Part shown: positions 27,673-35,173 of the stretch, piece after piece | Layout: each line of letters opens with the position of its first letter | Position numbering within the stretch: the first letter of the stretch is position 1 | Virus record (IMG/VR): IMGVR_UViG_3300007775_000157 | Span: 1 to 64,000 of that record | Strand: one strand, 5' to 3' | Origin: a virus | Length of the DNA stretch: 64,000 nt | Notes under the pieces: model-generated | The model's database searches: none | Seen by the model: the letters and a program-made list of their open reading frames with translations, nothing else | What the model was told of the DNA's origin: nothing | Made by a program: the position numbers and the translations under genes

Positions 27673-28794
27673 ATGTCTTATACCTATTGTGTTTTTGGAG
27701 CAGGACGACAAGGTGTGGCTACGGTCTACGACCTAATAATCAACTGCGAGGCTAGCCGTGTCATATTGTGTGATCCAAACCAAAAGGTATTAGACGAAGC
27801 TAAGAATAGACTCGATGATCTTTTGCCAGAAAATAAATGTCCTATCGATACGTTTCAGGACGTATCATTAAAGGTTGATTTCAGTAGGGTGGACGTTATT
27901 CTTAGTTGCGCTACGTGGTCCGCGAATTTAGGCTTGGCTAGGTTCGCTGCGACATACAATGTTCCATACTGCGACCTGGGAGGAAATCCACATATCGTGA
28001 CACGACAGGGATTGATAGATACTCACACAGCCATTGTTCCTGAGTGCGGATTATCTCCAGGTATCTCAAATATATTGGCTATGGGATTAGCCAAAGAAGG
28101 TTTCCACGAAATACAGATTAAGTGCGGCGGAATACCCGTAGGGACATCTAGGGGTAATGACCCCCTAGAATACAAGCTTACTTTTGATGTAATGGGTCTA
28201 ATAAGTGAATATAGTGGCGTGGTCCCTACTATTCACGATGGACGAATAGTGAACAGAGATACTATATCTAGAATAGTCCCGTATATACGACCAGACGGAT
28301 CGAAATATGAATGTTCATATACGTCGAACAACTCACTCGCTGTGGTACAGTCGTTGTTAAATGCTGGCGTAAATAATTATGAATACATGACAATAAGGTA
28401 TCCAGGTCATTGGGATAAGGTAAAACAATGGAAAACTCTTGGATTCCTACAAGGAGACGATGAGTCAGACGCAACACTCGCAGATATTCTGAAACGTAGG
28501 CCTGGACTCAAATATAACAGAGACACAGACGAAGATAAAGTGATATTATCTATAGTAGGGAAAAATGGTAACGATTTTGTTTGTGGACTTTATGGATTTG
28601 ATATAGTCGTGTATTCAGATTGGAAAACTAAATTTTCAGCCATGGAAATGATGACTTCCTGGGGGATAACCATGGTGGCTCATTTCATTGCTTCTAACCC
28701 GTCTTTGGTGCCAAAGAGATTTTGCACTCCAGAAAATTTTGTTCCATCAGAATTTATTATGAACGGTATTAAGAAAAGAACTGGAGACAAGTAA
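27673..28794 (+). CDS. Saccharopine dehydrogenase-like NAD(P)-dependent oxidoreductase
   Basis: GAGRQG Rossmann loop, YCDLGG, ECGLSPGISN, CGGIP, GLISEY, TIRYPGH. Confidence 0.85.
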   Translation: MSYTYCVFGAGRQGVATVYDLIINCEASRVILCDPNQKVLDEAKNRLDDLLPENKCPIDTFQDVSLKVDFSRVDVILSCATWSANLGLARFAATYNVPYCDLGGNPHIVTRQGLIDTHTAIVPECGLSPGISNILAMGLAKEGFHEIQIKCGGIPVGTSRGNDPLEYKLTFDVMGLISEYSGVVPTIHDGRIVNRDTISRIVPYIRPDGSKYECSYTSNNSLAVVQSLLNAGVNNYEYMTIRYPGHWDKVKQWKTLGFLQGDDESDATLADILKRRPGLKYNRDTDEDKVILSIVGKNGNDFVCGLYGFDIVVYSDWKTKFSAMEMMTSWGITMVAHFIASNPSLVPKRFCTPENFVPSEFIMNGIKKRTGDK

Positions 28795-28796
28795 AT

Positions 28797-29165
28797 ATGA
28801 AGATTTTTATACTAGAAGACGACCCCAATAGAATGAAGACATTCAAGAAAGCCTTGTCTGGGCATTCAATAGACCATGCGACCAACTGCGAAGAGGGAAG
28901 AACAATAGTATCGTCGAACACCTACGATCTTATCTTCCTTGATCATGACCTGGGAGGGGAGCAGATGGTAGATTCTTCTCACGAGAATACTGGTTATCAA
29001 TTGGCTAAATTCATGAAAGAGAACGGATACAACACCGAAGTCCCATGTATTGTTCATTCGTGTAATCCAGACGGGGCAGATAATATAGCATCCCTTTTGT
29101 GTCATGCTGTTAAAATCCCTTTCCCTTTTATAGATTTTATTAAAGTGTTATCGTATTTTGGGTAA
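28797..29165 (+). CDS. Stand-alone receiver-fold protein, cyclic-phosphate-processing type
   Basis: ILEDD..R, FLDHDLG, TGY, IVHSCNP.GA. Confidence 0.75.
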   Translation: MKIFILEDDPNRMKTFKKALSGHSIDHATNCEEGRTIVSSNTYDLIFLDHDLGGEQMVDSSHENTGYQLAKFMKENGYNTEVPCIVHSCNPDGADNIASLLCHAVKIPFPFIDFIKVLSYFG

Positions 29166-29175
29166 TGTGTATAAT
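29165..29175 (+). promoter_or_regulatory. Putative late promoter motif ATGTGTATAAT
   Basis: Motif upstream of small-gene cluster. Confidence 0.6.
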
Positions 29176-29190
29176 TGATAAGGTAGGAAT

Positions 29191-29382
29191 ATGGAAAAAG
29201 AAAAACCAGATCAGACTATTTTGGATTCAATCGGCAGTCCTAACGTATGGACCCCAGCAAAAGAAGATGCTTGGCATGAGCAGTTGAATAAATTGTCTTC
29301 TGGTGCCATATATCAAAGATTCCCACCATTGAAAAAGCCTGGGAATGTTCGCAGGCGTGGAAAATCTAGTGGATGGACATAG
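29191..29382 (+). CDS. Hypothetical protein
   Basis: AGGTAGGA RBS after promoter motif. Confidence 0.5.
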   Translation: MEKEKPDQTILDSIGSPNVWTPAKEDAWHEQLNKLSSGAIYQRFPPLKKPGNVRRRGKSSGWT

Positions 29383-29395
29383 AAAGAGGTGCGAG

Positions 29396-29575
29396 ATGCG
29401 ATTTTTGAGTAAGTTGTCTTTTGTTGCGATTTTGTTTGTTGGAGCAGCTATTTTGTCTGGTTGCGATAAATCCAAGTTTTTGGATGTTAGTGTTGGGGAT
29501 TCGGCCAGCGTTGTATGTGTGAGAGGCACTGATCTTTGCTGGAACGTGGAAGTCGGAAAAGACACTTTAAATTAA
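29396..29575 (+). CDS. Small lipoprotein
   Basis: MRFLSKLSFVAILFVGAAILSG-C signal peptide II lipobox; GAGGTG RBS. Confidence 0.7.
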   Translation: MRFLSKLSFVAILFVGAAILSGCDKSKFLDVSVGDSASVVCVRGTDLCWNVEVGKDTLN

Positions 29576-29585
29576 GGTGTAACAA

Positions 29586-29819
29586 ATGACTGATTGGAAC
29601 GAAGAATTGAAGAAGGCGAGCGAGAAGGCCATGGAGGGCACTTCCGCCATTATACGTAAGGATGGTCCATCAGATAAACCTTATTGTGTTTATAGTGAAA
29701 CAACAGGAAAAAAGTTCGGTTGTTATCCCAGCAAAAAGAAAGCCCAAGAAAGACTCAATCAGATAAAAATGTTTAAACACATAAAGGGAGAAAACGCCAA
29801 TGGTGAATGTGAAGGTTAG
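29586..29819 (+). CDS. Small conserved phage protein (YCVYS..GK.FGCY..K..A..RL motif)
   Basis: Motif recalled from phage head-associated proteins. Confidence 0.6.
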   Translation: MTDWNEELKKASEKAMEGTSAIIRKDGPSDKPYCVYSETTGKKFGCYPSKKKAQERLNQIKMFKHIKGENANGECEG

Positions 29820-29856
29820 CTGAGCCATACCAGAGACATATTTTAGGGGGACTAAG

Positions 29857-30282
29857 GTGCAAGCGAACTACAGAGAATTAAAGGGTTATAAATATGAATT
29901 GGTAGAAGATTACAGAGTCGTTATTCCAATTTTTGGCATGAGTATCGACCACAGATTTATCCAACTACATCCTAGTGGCTTGCTAATTATTAAAAAAGAA
30001 TATGCTTGGGATGGGCCAAGTGGGCCGACGATAGATACTCCAACATTCATGAGAGGTTCTTTGGTCCACGATGCGCTTTACCAATTAATTAGATCGGAAG
30101 CCTTAGACGTATCTTTTAGAGAACAGGCGGATAAGATACTTAGAGATATCTGTTTAGAAGATGGCATGAATAGTATAAGGGCTTGGTACGTGTATTGGTC
30201 TGTTAGACTGTTCGCTGCCAACTGCGCCAAACCAGGGACACAAAAGCCATATAAAGTTTATAGTGTGCCATCTAAAAAATAA
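29857..30282 (+). CDS. DUF1353-like protein
   Basis: YAWDGPS...SLVHDALY...ADKILR...VY..VR. Confidence 0.75.
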   Translation: MQANYRELKGYKYELVEDYRVVIPIFGMSIDHRFIQLHPSGLLIIKKEYAWDGPSGPTIDTPTFMRGSLVHDALYQLIRSEALDVSFREQADKILRDICLEDGMNSIRAWYVYWSVRLFAANCAKPGTQKPYKVYSVPSKK

Positions 30283-30301
30283 TAATATTAGGAGATTCAA
30301 T

Positions 30302-30859
30302 GTGTCTAAAAGCAGTAGTTGGATTCAAACTTTTACAGGCAAACAATTTTTTCTAGAAACAGCAGAGACAATAGACATAGAAGATATAGCTCATTCCTTA
30401 TCTATGACATGTAGGTTTAATGGTCATTGCACAAGATTTTATTCTGTAGCAGAACACTCCATACGTGTATCGGACATGTTGAGTGCCGATCTTGCTCTTT
30501 GGGGTCTTATACACGATGCGGCAGAAGCATATATCGGAGACATTCCTTCTCCGATCAAAAGAAATCTAATGTATTATGCGCCAAATGAATATAGTACCAG
30601 TATCAAGACTGTTGAAGCGAGAATAATGAGAAAAATTTCTGAAAAATTTGGTCTCAGATGGCCAATGCCAAAAGAGGTTACACATGCTGATTTAGTTATG
30701 TTGGCAACAGAAAAGCGAGACCTGATGAAACAAGAACCTGCTCCATGGCTACCTTTACCGGACCCACTAGAGGAAAGGATAGTAGTTACAATGTGTCCAC
30801 AAGAAGCTAAAGAAAAATTTCTTAGATTATTCAGAAGTTTTAACAAGACATACAGATAA
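30302..30859 (+). CDS. HD-domain phosphohydrolase (YfbR-like nucleotidase)
   Basis: IEDIAHSLS..CRFNGH...YSVAEHS...LIHDAAEAYIGD. Confidence 0.88.
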   Translation: MSKSSSWIQTFTGKQFFLETAETIDIEDIAHSLSMTCRFNGHCTRFYSVAEHSIRVSDMLSADLALWGLIHDAAEAYIGDIPSPIKRNLMYYAPNEYSTSIKTVEARIMRKISEKFGLRWPMPKEVTHADLVMLATEKRDLMKQEPAPWLPLPDPLEERIVVTMCPQEAKEKFLRLFRSFNKTYR

Positions 30860-30866
30860 TTAGCCT

Positions 30867-31511
30867 ATGAACAAAACGTCAGTCGTAAATATACGCAGAA
30901 ACGAATACGATATCTATATTGGAAGACCAAGAAAAGGTAGTATGGATGATGGATATTTTGGGAATCCATTTAGCATAACAAGCGATGGAGGTCGTAGCAA
31001 CGCTATCGAATTGTTCAGATCATATTTTGTACAAAGAATCAATAACGATACAGAGTTTGCTACGAAAATAGAATCGTTGCGAGGTAAGACTCTTGGGTGC
31101 TTCTGTAAACCAAAGCTATGCCATGGAGACGTTATAGCGGATTATCTGGATAGAAAAATGAAGGTTGTTGTCTGCGGAAGTCGTAAATGGTTAAATATTG
31201 AAATTATTAAAAAGCGTTTGACAAAGCTATCTTGCAATGCTATAGTAATAGAAGGTGGATGCGAAGGTGCTGATTTAATGGCGAGAAACATCGCTTTAGA
31301 TGTTGGTTTAGAAATTGTAGAATTTCCAGCAGCATGGAAAAAATATGGTAACTCAGCAGGACCGATAAGGAATATCAAAATGCTTGATACTAGACCAGAA
31401 CTGGTGATAGCATTCCATAATGACATACAAAACTCCAAGGGCACCAAACATATAGTAGGAGAAGCTAGGAAAAGAGGAATACCGACAGAGGTCATACGGA
31501 GTATAATATAA
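30867..31511 (+). CDS. DUF4326 domain fused to SLOG (YspA/DUF2493-like) domain
   Basis: YIGR..FGNPF...LGCFCKPKLCHGD then VVCGSR...EGGCEGAD...AGPIRN..ML...SKGT. Confidence 0.8.
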   Translation: MNKTSVVNIRRNEYDIYIGRPRKGSMDDGYFGNPFSITSDGGRSNAIELFRSYFVQRINNDTEFATKIESLRGKTLGCFCKPKLCHGDVIADYLDRKMKVVVCGSRKWLNIEIIKKRLTKLSCNAIVIEGGCEGADLMARNIALDVGLEIVEFPAAWKKYGNSAGPIRNIKMLDTRPELVIAFHNDIQNSKGTKHIVGEARKRGIPTEVIRSII

Positions 31512-31512
31512 T

Positions 31513-31818
31513 ATGAAAATTCTATTAGACATAGATGATACCGTCTTTATTCGTGGCGATCTTCATCCTTCTTGGTCTGATTTCGTGGAATTGGTAAAGA
31601 GAGAAGATTATCGTGTTGTTGTGTGGTCCTCTAACGAAGACGGCTTGGCTATAGCAAAACTTATGGGATTTGATTTTGTGTCTAAAAATGAATATGATTC
31701 ACATCCATTAGCAAAGGTGTTAATAGATGATTGCTGCGACTTAAATAAACAATGTTGTCGAGTGGAAGAAACATTCGAATCCTTGGATAGCTTTATGGAA
31801 AAATACGACAGAGTGTAG
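31513..31818 (+). CDS. Minimal HAD-superfamily phosphatase
   Basis: LLDIDDT motif I, VVVWSS motif II, LIDD motif IV. Confidence 0.65.
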   Translation: MKILLDIDDTVFIRGDLHPSWSDFVELVKREDYRVVVWSSNEDGLAIAKLMGFDFVSKNEYDSHPLAKVLIDDCCDLNKQCCRVEETFESLDSFMEKYDRV

Positions 31819-31884
31819 CTCAACTGGCTTTAGAGCGCCTGGTCTGGAGCCAGGAGGCTGGGGGTTCGAGTCCCTCCACTCTGA
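31809..31884 (+). tRNA. tRNA-Pro(TGG), atypical anticodon loop
   Basis: CAGAGTG/CACTCTG-A acceptor; CCTGG-TCTGGAG-CCAGG; GGTTCGAGTCC; overlaps end of HAD gene. Confidence 0.82.
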
Positions 31885-31898
31885 TTGATGTCGATATT

Positions 31899-32279
31899 TT
31901 GGATGTAGAAACAATGGATTTATCTTGTGTGCATACTTTTATATGGGACATGCAATCGCGGGGTATAGACCCCAAAGATGTCGCCTATCTTCTGGTAAAT
32001 GACGATGATTACATAGATTTACTCAAAGATTATCAAGGGAAAAATTTTGCTCAAACCACCTTTAGTTCTTCGTCCGATTTCGTATTACATGGAATACCAA
32101 TTATAAAAAGTCCAGTGGTCGGTAAGGCAGAAATCTTTACAGTGATGAAAGATATGATAAATACATATGGAAACAATGCAATATTCCAATACGATATTCC
32201 TCCTGTAGTCCCGACCAACAAAAAACCAGAACAACAAGAAAAAAAACAAAAATCAGACAAGAGAATAATAAGGCTTTAG
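31899..32279 (+). CDS. Hypothetical protein
   Basis: ORF between tRNAs; start uncertain. Confidence 0.5.
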   Translation: MDVETMDLSCVHTFIWDMQSRGIDPKDVAYLLVNDDDYIDLLKDYQGKNFAQTTFSSSSDFVLHGIPIIKSPVVGKAEIFTVMKDMINTYGNNAIFQYDIPPVVPTNKKPEQQEKKQKSDKRIIRL

Positions 32280-32350
32280 GGGAGGTAGCTCAATGGGAGA
32301 GCATCGGCTTTGCAAGCCGGAGGTTGCGGGTTCGAGTCCCGTTCTTTCCA
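32279..32350 (+). tRNA. tRNA-Ala(TGC)
   Basis: G3:U70 acceptor pair; TCGGC-TTTGCAA-GCCGG; GTTCGAGTC. Confidence 0.92.
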
Positions 32351-32352
32351 TA

Positions 32353-32433
32353 CCCCTGGTGGCGGAATGGCAGACGCGACGGTCTTAAAAGCCGTTGTCA
32401 AAAGACGTGTAGGTTCGAGTCCTACTCAGGGGA
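32353..32433 (+). tRNA. tRNA-Leu(TAA)
   Basis: CCCCTGG/TCAGGGG-A; ACGGT-CTTAAAA-GCCGT; long variable arm GTC-AAAA-GAC. Confidence 0.92.
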
Positions 32434-32451
32434 TTAGCAGAAAGGAATCTT

Positions 32452-32934
32452 ATGGCAACAGAACTAGCCTTGGCAAAACAATCAATGAATAAAACTATTT
32501 CTATTCTAAGAGAAAGAACGACGGGAATAGACAACAATGTCAACGATATACTCGTATCTACGGTATTCGTTTCTATAAATGGACAAAAAACAGCACTGAA
32601 AGAACTTAGTGCAATAAACCAAAATACGAAAACAAGGACAATAAGTATTATACCATATGACAGGACTATGTTACCAGAGATTACCAAAGAATTGATCCGG
32701 CAGGGATTTGACGCCTATCAATTTTCTCCAACAAATATATCTGTCAATATACCTTTGCCGTCTGGCGAAAACTACAAGAAGGTTCTTGCGCATATTAAAA
32801 GTCTTGGAGAAGAAGCCAAAGTAGCAATTCGGAATATTAGACGTAAGTATATGAAAAAATGCGACAGAGAAGAACTTCAGAAAGTAACCGATAATTCTAT
32901 AAATAGAATAGACGAAATAATAAAAAGAACTTAG
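32452..32934 (+). CDS. frr: Ribosome recycling factor homologue
   Basis: ISIIPYD...I.KEL, I.VNIPLPSGE, GEEAKVAIRNIRR, LQKVTD..I..IDE. Confidence 0.85.
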   Translation: MATELALAKQSMNKTISILRERTTGIDNNVNDILVSTVFVSINGQKTALKELSAINQNTKTRTISIIPYDRTMLPEITKELIRQGFDAYQFSPTNISVNIPLPSGENYKKVLAHIKSLGEEAKVAIRNIRRKYMKKCDREELQKVTDNSINRIDEIIKRT

Positions 32935-32949
32935 CAGACTGGAGATTGT

Positions 32950-33153
32950 ATGACTAAGAAAGCGTATAGTTTTGGAGATAATAGATTAAAGAGAATTACA
33001 AGATTTTTGTATAAGTGGTTGTTCTGTGCGTGGTTACACAAAAAGAATCGTTGTAGTCCTTCTAATCCAAAAAGTTGGCATTGCACCAAGTGTCATCCGT
33101 GTGGAGAAGAATTTGATTTGGTTTCAGGAAACAAGAGAATGAGATGGTTATAA
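32950..33153 (+). CDS. Hypothetical Cys/His-rich protein
   Basis: GGAG RBS; HCTKCHPC. Confidence 0.5.
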   Translation: MTKKAYSFGDNRLKRITRFLYKWLFCAWLHKKNRCSPSNPKSWHCTKCHPCGEEFDLVSGNKRMRWL

Positions 33154-33159
33154 TTGTTT

Positions 33160-33262
33160 GGGCTGGTAGCTCAATGGGTAGAGCGTCCTGCTATTCCGAT
33201 GATGGCTCGTAAGAGTCAGCTTAGGTTCAGGAAGGTTGCGGGTTCGAATCCCGTCCAGCCAA
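33160..33262 (+). ncRNA. tRNA-like RNA with 37-nt structured anticodon region (intron-containing tRNA or tRNA mimic)
   Basis: Canonical acceptor, D arm, anticodon stem TCCTG/CAGGA, variable loop and T arm, but 37 nt (33191-33227) in place of a 7-nt loop. Confidence 0.85.
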
Positions 33263-33392
33263 TTTAAAACACACAAAGTAAACTAGAATAGAACAAAAAA
33301 GGAAATTGCAGTTAGTAAAATACTAAGTATAGCATTTACTGTAGTCTATTTTAGAACTTACATTATGGAAAGTTGTCTATACGGGGTTTAAT

Positions 33393-33590
33393 ATGGATAA
33401 AATAGAACAAAATGTTTTGGATGGATTAATGGTAGCGTGGAATAACTTTGTTAAACTAAAATCAACACATCCAGACGACTTAAACGACTTTCGCAGATCA
33501 TTGCATGAATGTGAGCGTATTATTGGTATGCGACAATTAAGAAAAATTGATCCAGATAGGTGGATAACTTTAGAAAATGTTGATGAATGA
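33393..33590 (+). CDS. Hypothetical phage protein
   Basis: AWN.F..L...HPDD...F motif; ATGA overlap with ligase. Confidence 0.6.
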   Translation: MDKIEQNVLDGLMVAWNNFVKLKSTHPDDLNDFRRSLHECERIIGMRQLRKIDPDRWITLENVDE

Positions 33591-34657
33591 ATGTTATGGA
33601 TCATATGAACGCATATATCAAAGAGAGAGACGATTACGTAACTAGGGGATTGCTCAGATGCGACGATCTCGATGATCTTAGAGTCTATACATATACTAAC
33701 TCGTGCAAACATTGGGATTACATTACTATGAACAGCAGAGGCATAATTGTTAATAGGAAAACAGGTGAGATAGTATCGCAACCCTTTCCCAAGTTTTTTA
33801 ACATGGGCCAAAGACAGGAGACTCAAGAACATAACCTCCCCTGGCACGAAGGTTTTAGAATTTTTGAAAAATGTGACGGATGGCTTGGAATTTTATATAG
33901 ACATAACGGGCAGTATAAAATAGCTACGAGAGGGTCTTTCAAGAGTACTGGGGCTTTATGGGCTACTAAGATTCTTAATGAATGTTATCGTCTAGATGGT
34001 TTACCAGACGAAGTAACTTTGTTGTTTGAACTTATATCTCCGTTAACTAAAATAGTTGTAGATTATGGGCAACGAGAAGATTTAGTTTTACTAGGAGCAT
34101 ACAATAGACATACAGGAGAAGAATACCAATGGGACCAAGTACAGTCGTGGGGAGAAGAGTTCGGATTCCTCACTGCAAATTCGTGGCCGAAAGAGTATCT
34201 TGGATATTGTAGGGGACTTCTAAAATCTAAACCAGGAAATGAACTTGAAGGGTTCATAATTCGTTTTGCTAATGGTCTTAGAATAAAAATAAAATCAGAA
34301 GACTACTTTAGAAGAAGTAAGATTTTACAACAAATAAATCCGCTTGGTATCTGGGACATAATGCAAAATGGTAATTTACCAGAATATATCTGGAATATGG
34401 TTGATAAGGACTACCACGAAGATATCGAGAAAATATATCATACTCTTGCATCCAGATATCGGACCATAAGAGAAGAAATAGATAATCAATACAAGGTTTG
34501 CACAGGTGCTTCCAGTAGAAATGTTTTTGCTAAAATAGCTAAAACAATGTCCCATGCACCAGCCATGTTTTGTCTCCTAGACAAACAAGACAACAAAGTG
34601 GATGAATATATTATGAAAAAGATACGACCCAAAAATAATATTTTGGAGAACGAATAA
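33587..34657 (+). CDS. T4 Rnl1-family RNA ligase
   Basis: SRGIIVN, PFPKFFN, motif I EKCDG, IATRGSF, LLFELI, EGFII, KIKSEDY. Confidence 0.9.
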   Translation: MNVMDHMNAYIKERDDYVTRGLLRCDDLDDLRVYTYTNSCKHWDYITMNSRGIIVNRKTGEIVSQPFPKFFNMGQRQETQEHNLPWHEGFRIFEKCDGWLGILYRHNGQYKIATRGSFKSTGALWATKILNECYRLDGLPDEVTLLFELISPLTKIVVDYGQREDLVLLGAYNRHTGEEYQWDQVQSWGEEFGFLTANSWPKEYLGYCRGLLKSKPGNELEGFIIRFANGLRIKIKSEDYFRRSKILQQINPLGIWDIMQNGNLPEYIWNMVDKDYHEDIEKIYHTLASRYRTIREEIDNQYKVCTGASSRNVFAKIAKTMSHAPAMFCLLDKQDNKVDEYIMKKIRPKNNILENE

Positions 34658-34998
34658 TGAATGTTGGGAAATCTGTTTGGTTAATTTATGATATAAAATG
34701 GAAATGTATAGCTGATAGCAGTGAAAATGGATTGCCATTAATTTTTGATAACGAACTTGATGCAAAAGATGTCGCATCAGAAAGAAAGACGTGGATTGTC
34801 GTACAAGCCGACATTGTCCCAAGAGGGATAGAAGAATGTCTTGGTGAAAAAATCATAACAACTAATCTTTTATGTTTTGAATGCGGTGAAAGACCTGGGA
34901 TAGAATGTGCTGGTAGAAAATTGAACGAACCAACTCGTTGCCAAATTTGTCTATACAGGTTCCTCAAAATGGACAATAATGCTGACACATTAAAATAA
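34657..34998 (+). CDS. Hypothetical protein with C-terminal Cys cluster
   Basis: TAATG coupling; CFEC...C...CQIC. Confidence 0.55.
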   Translation: MNVGKSVWLIYDIKWKCIADSSENGLPLIFDNELDAKDVASERKTWIVVQADIVPRGIEECLGEKIITTNLLCFECGERPGIECAGRKLNEPTRCQICLYRFLKMDNNADTLK

Positions 34999-35046
34999 GT
35001 GACGGTAAAACTATCCATCTAATAAAATATTGTAAAATAAATTGCT

Positions 35047-35073
35047 AAGCGACCAATATTGGTCGCTTTTTTT
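35047..35073 (+). terminator. Rho-independent terminator closing the accessory island
   Basis: Perfect palindrome AAGCGACCAATATTGGTCGCTT plus T-run. Confidence 0.88.
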
Positions 35074-35080
35074 GTGCGCA

Positions 35081-35090
35081 TTGTGTATAA
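35081..35090 (+). promoter_or_regulatory. Putative late promoter motif TTGTGTATAA
   Basis: Motif immediately after terminator. Confidence 0.7.
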
Positions 35091-35173
35091 ACCTAGTGAT
35101 GGTGAATCTGTATAGCCTTCGTTTCTAGGTTGATTCGGAATCTATGCAGCCTTATCGTACTGGGAGGTATGAA

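Noticed and set aside
32310-32492. 60-aa ORF across tRNA-Ala and tRNA-Leu
   Set aside because: It is a translation of the tRNA genes.
35104-35153. Possible mini-CRISPR array
   Set aside because: Only two imperfect 16-nt repeats with an 18-nt spacer and no cas genes; kept only as a leader repeat.
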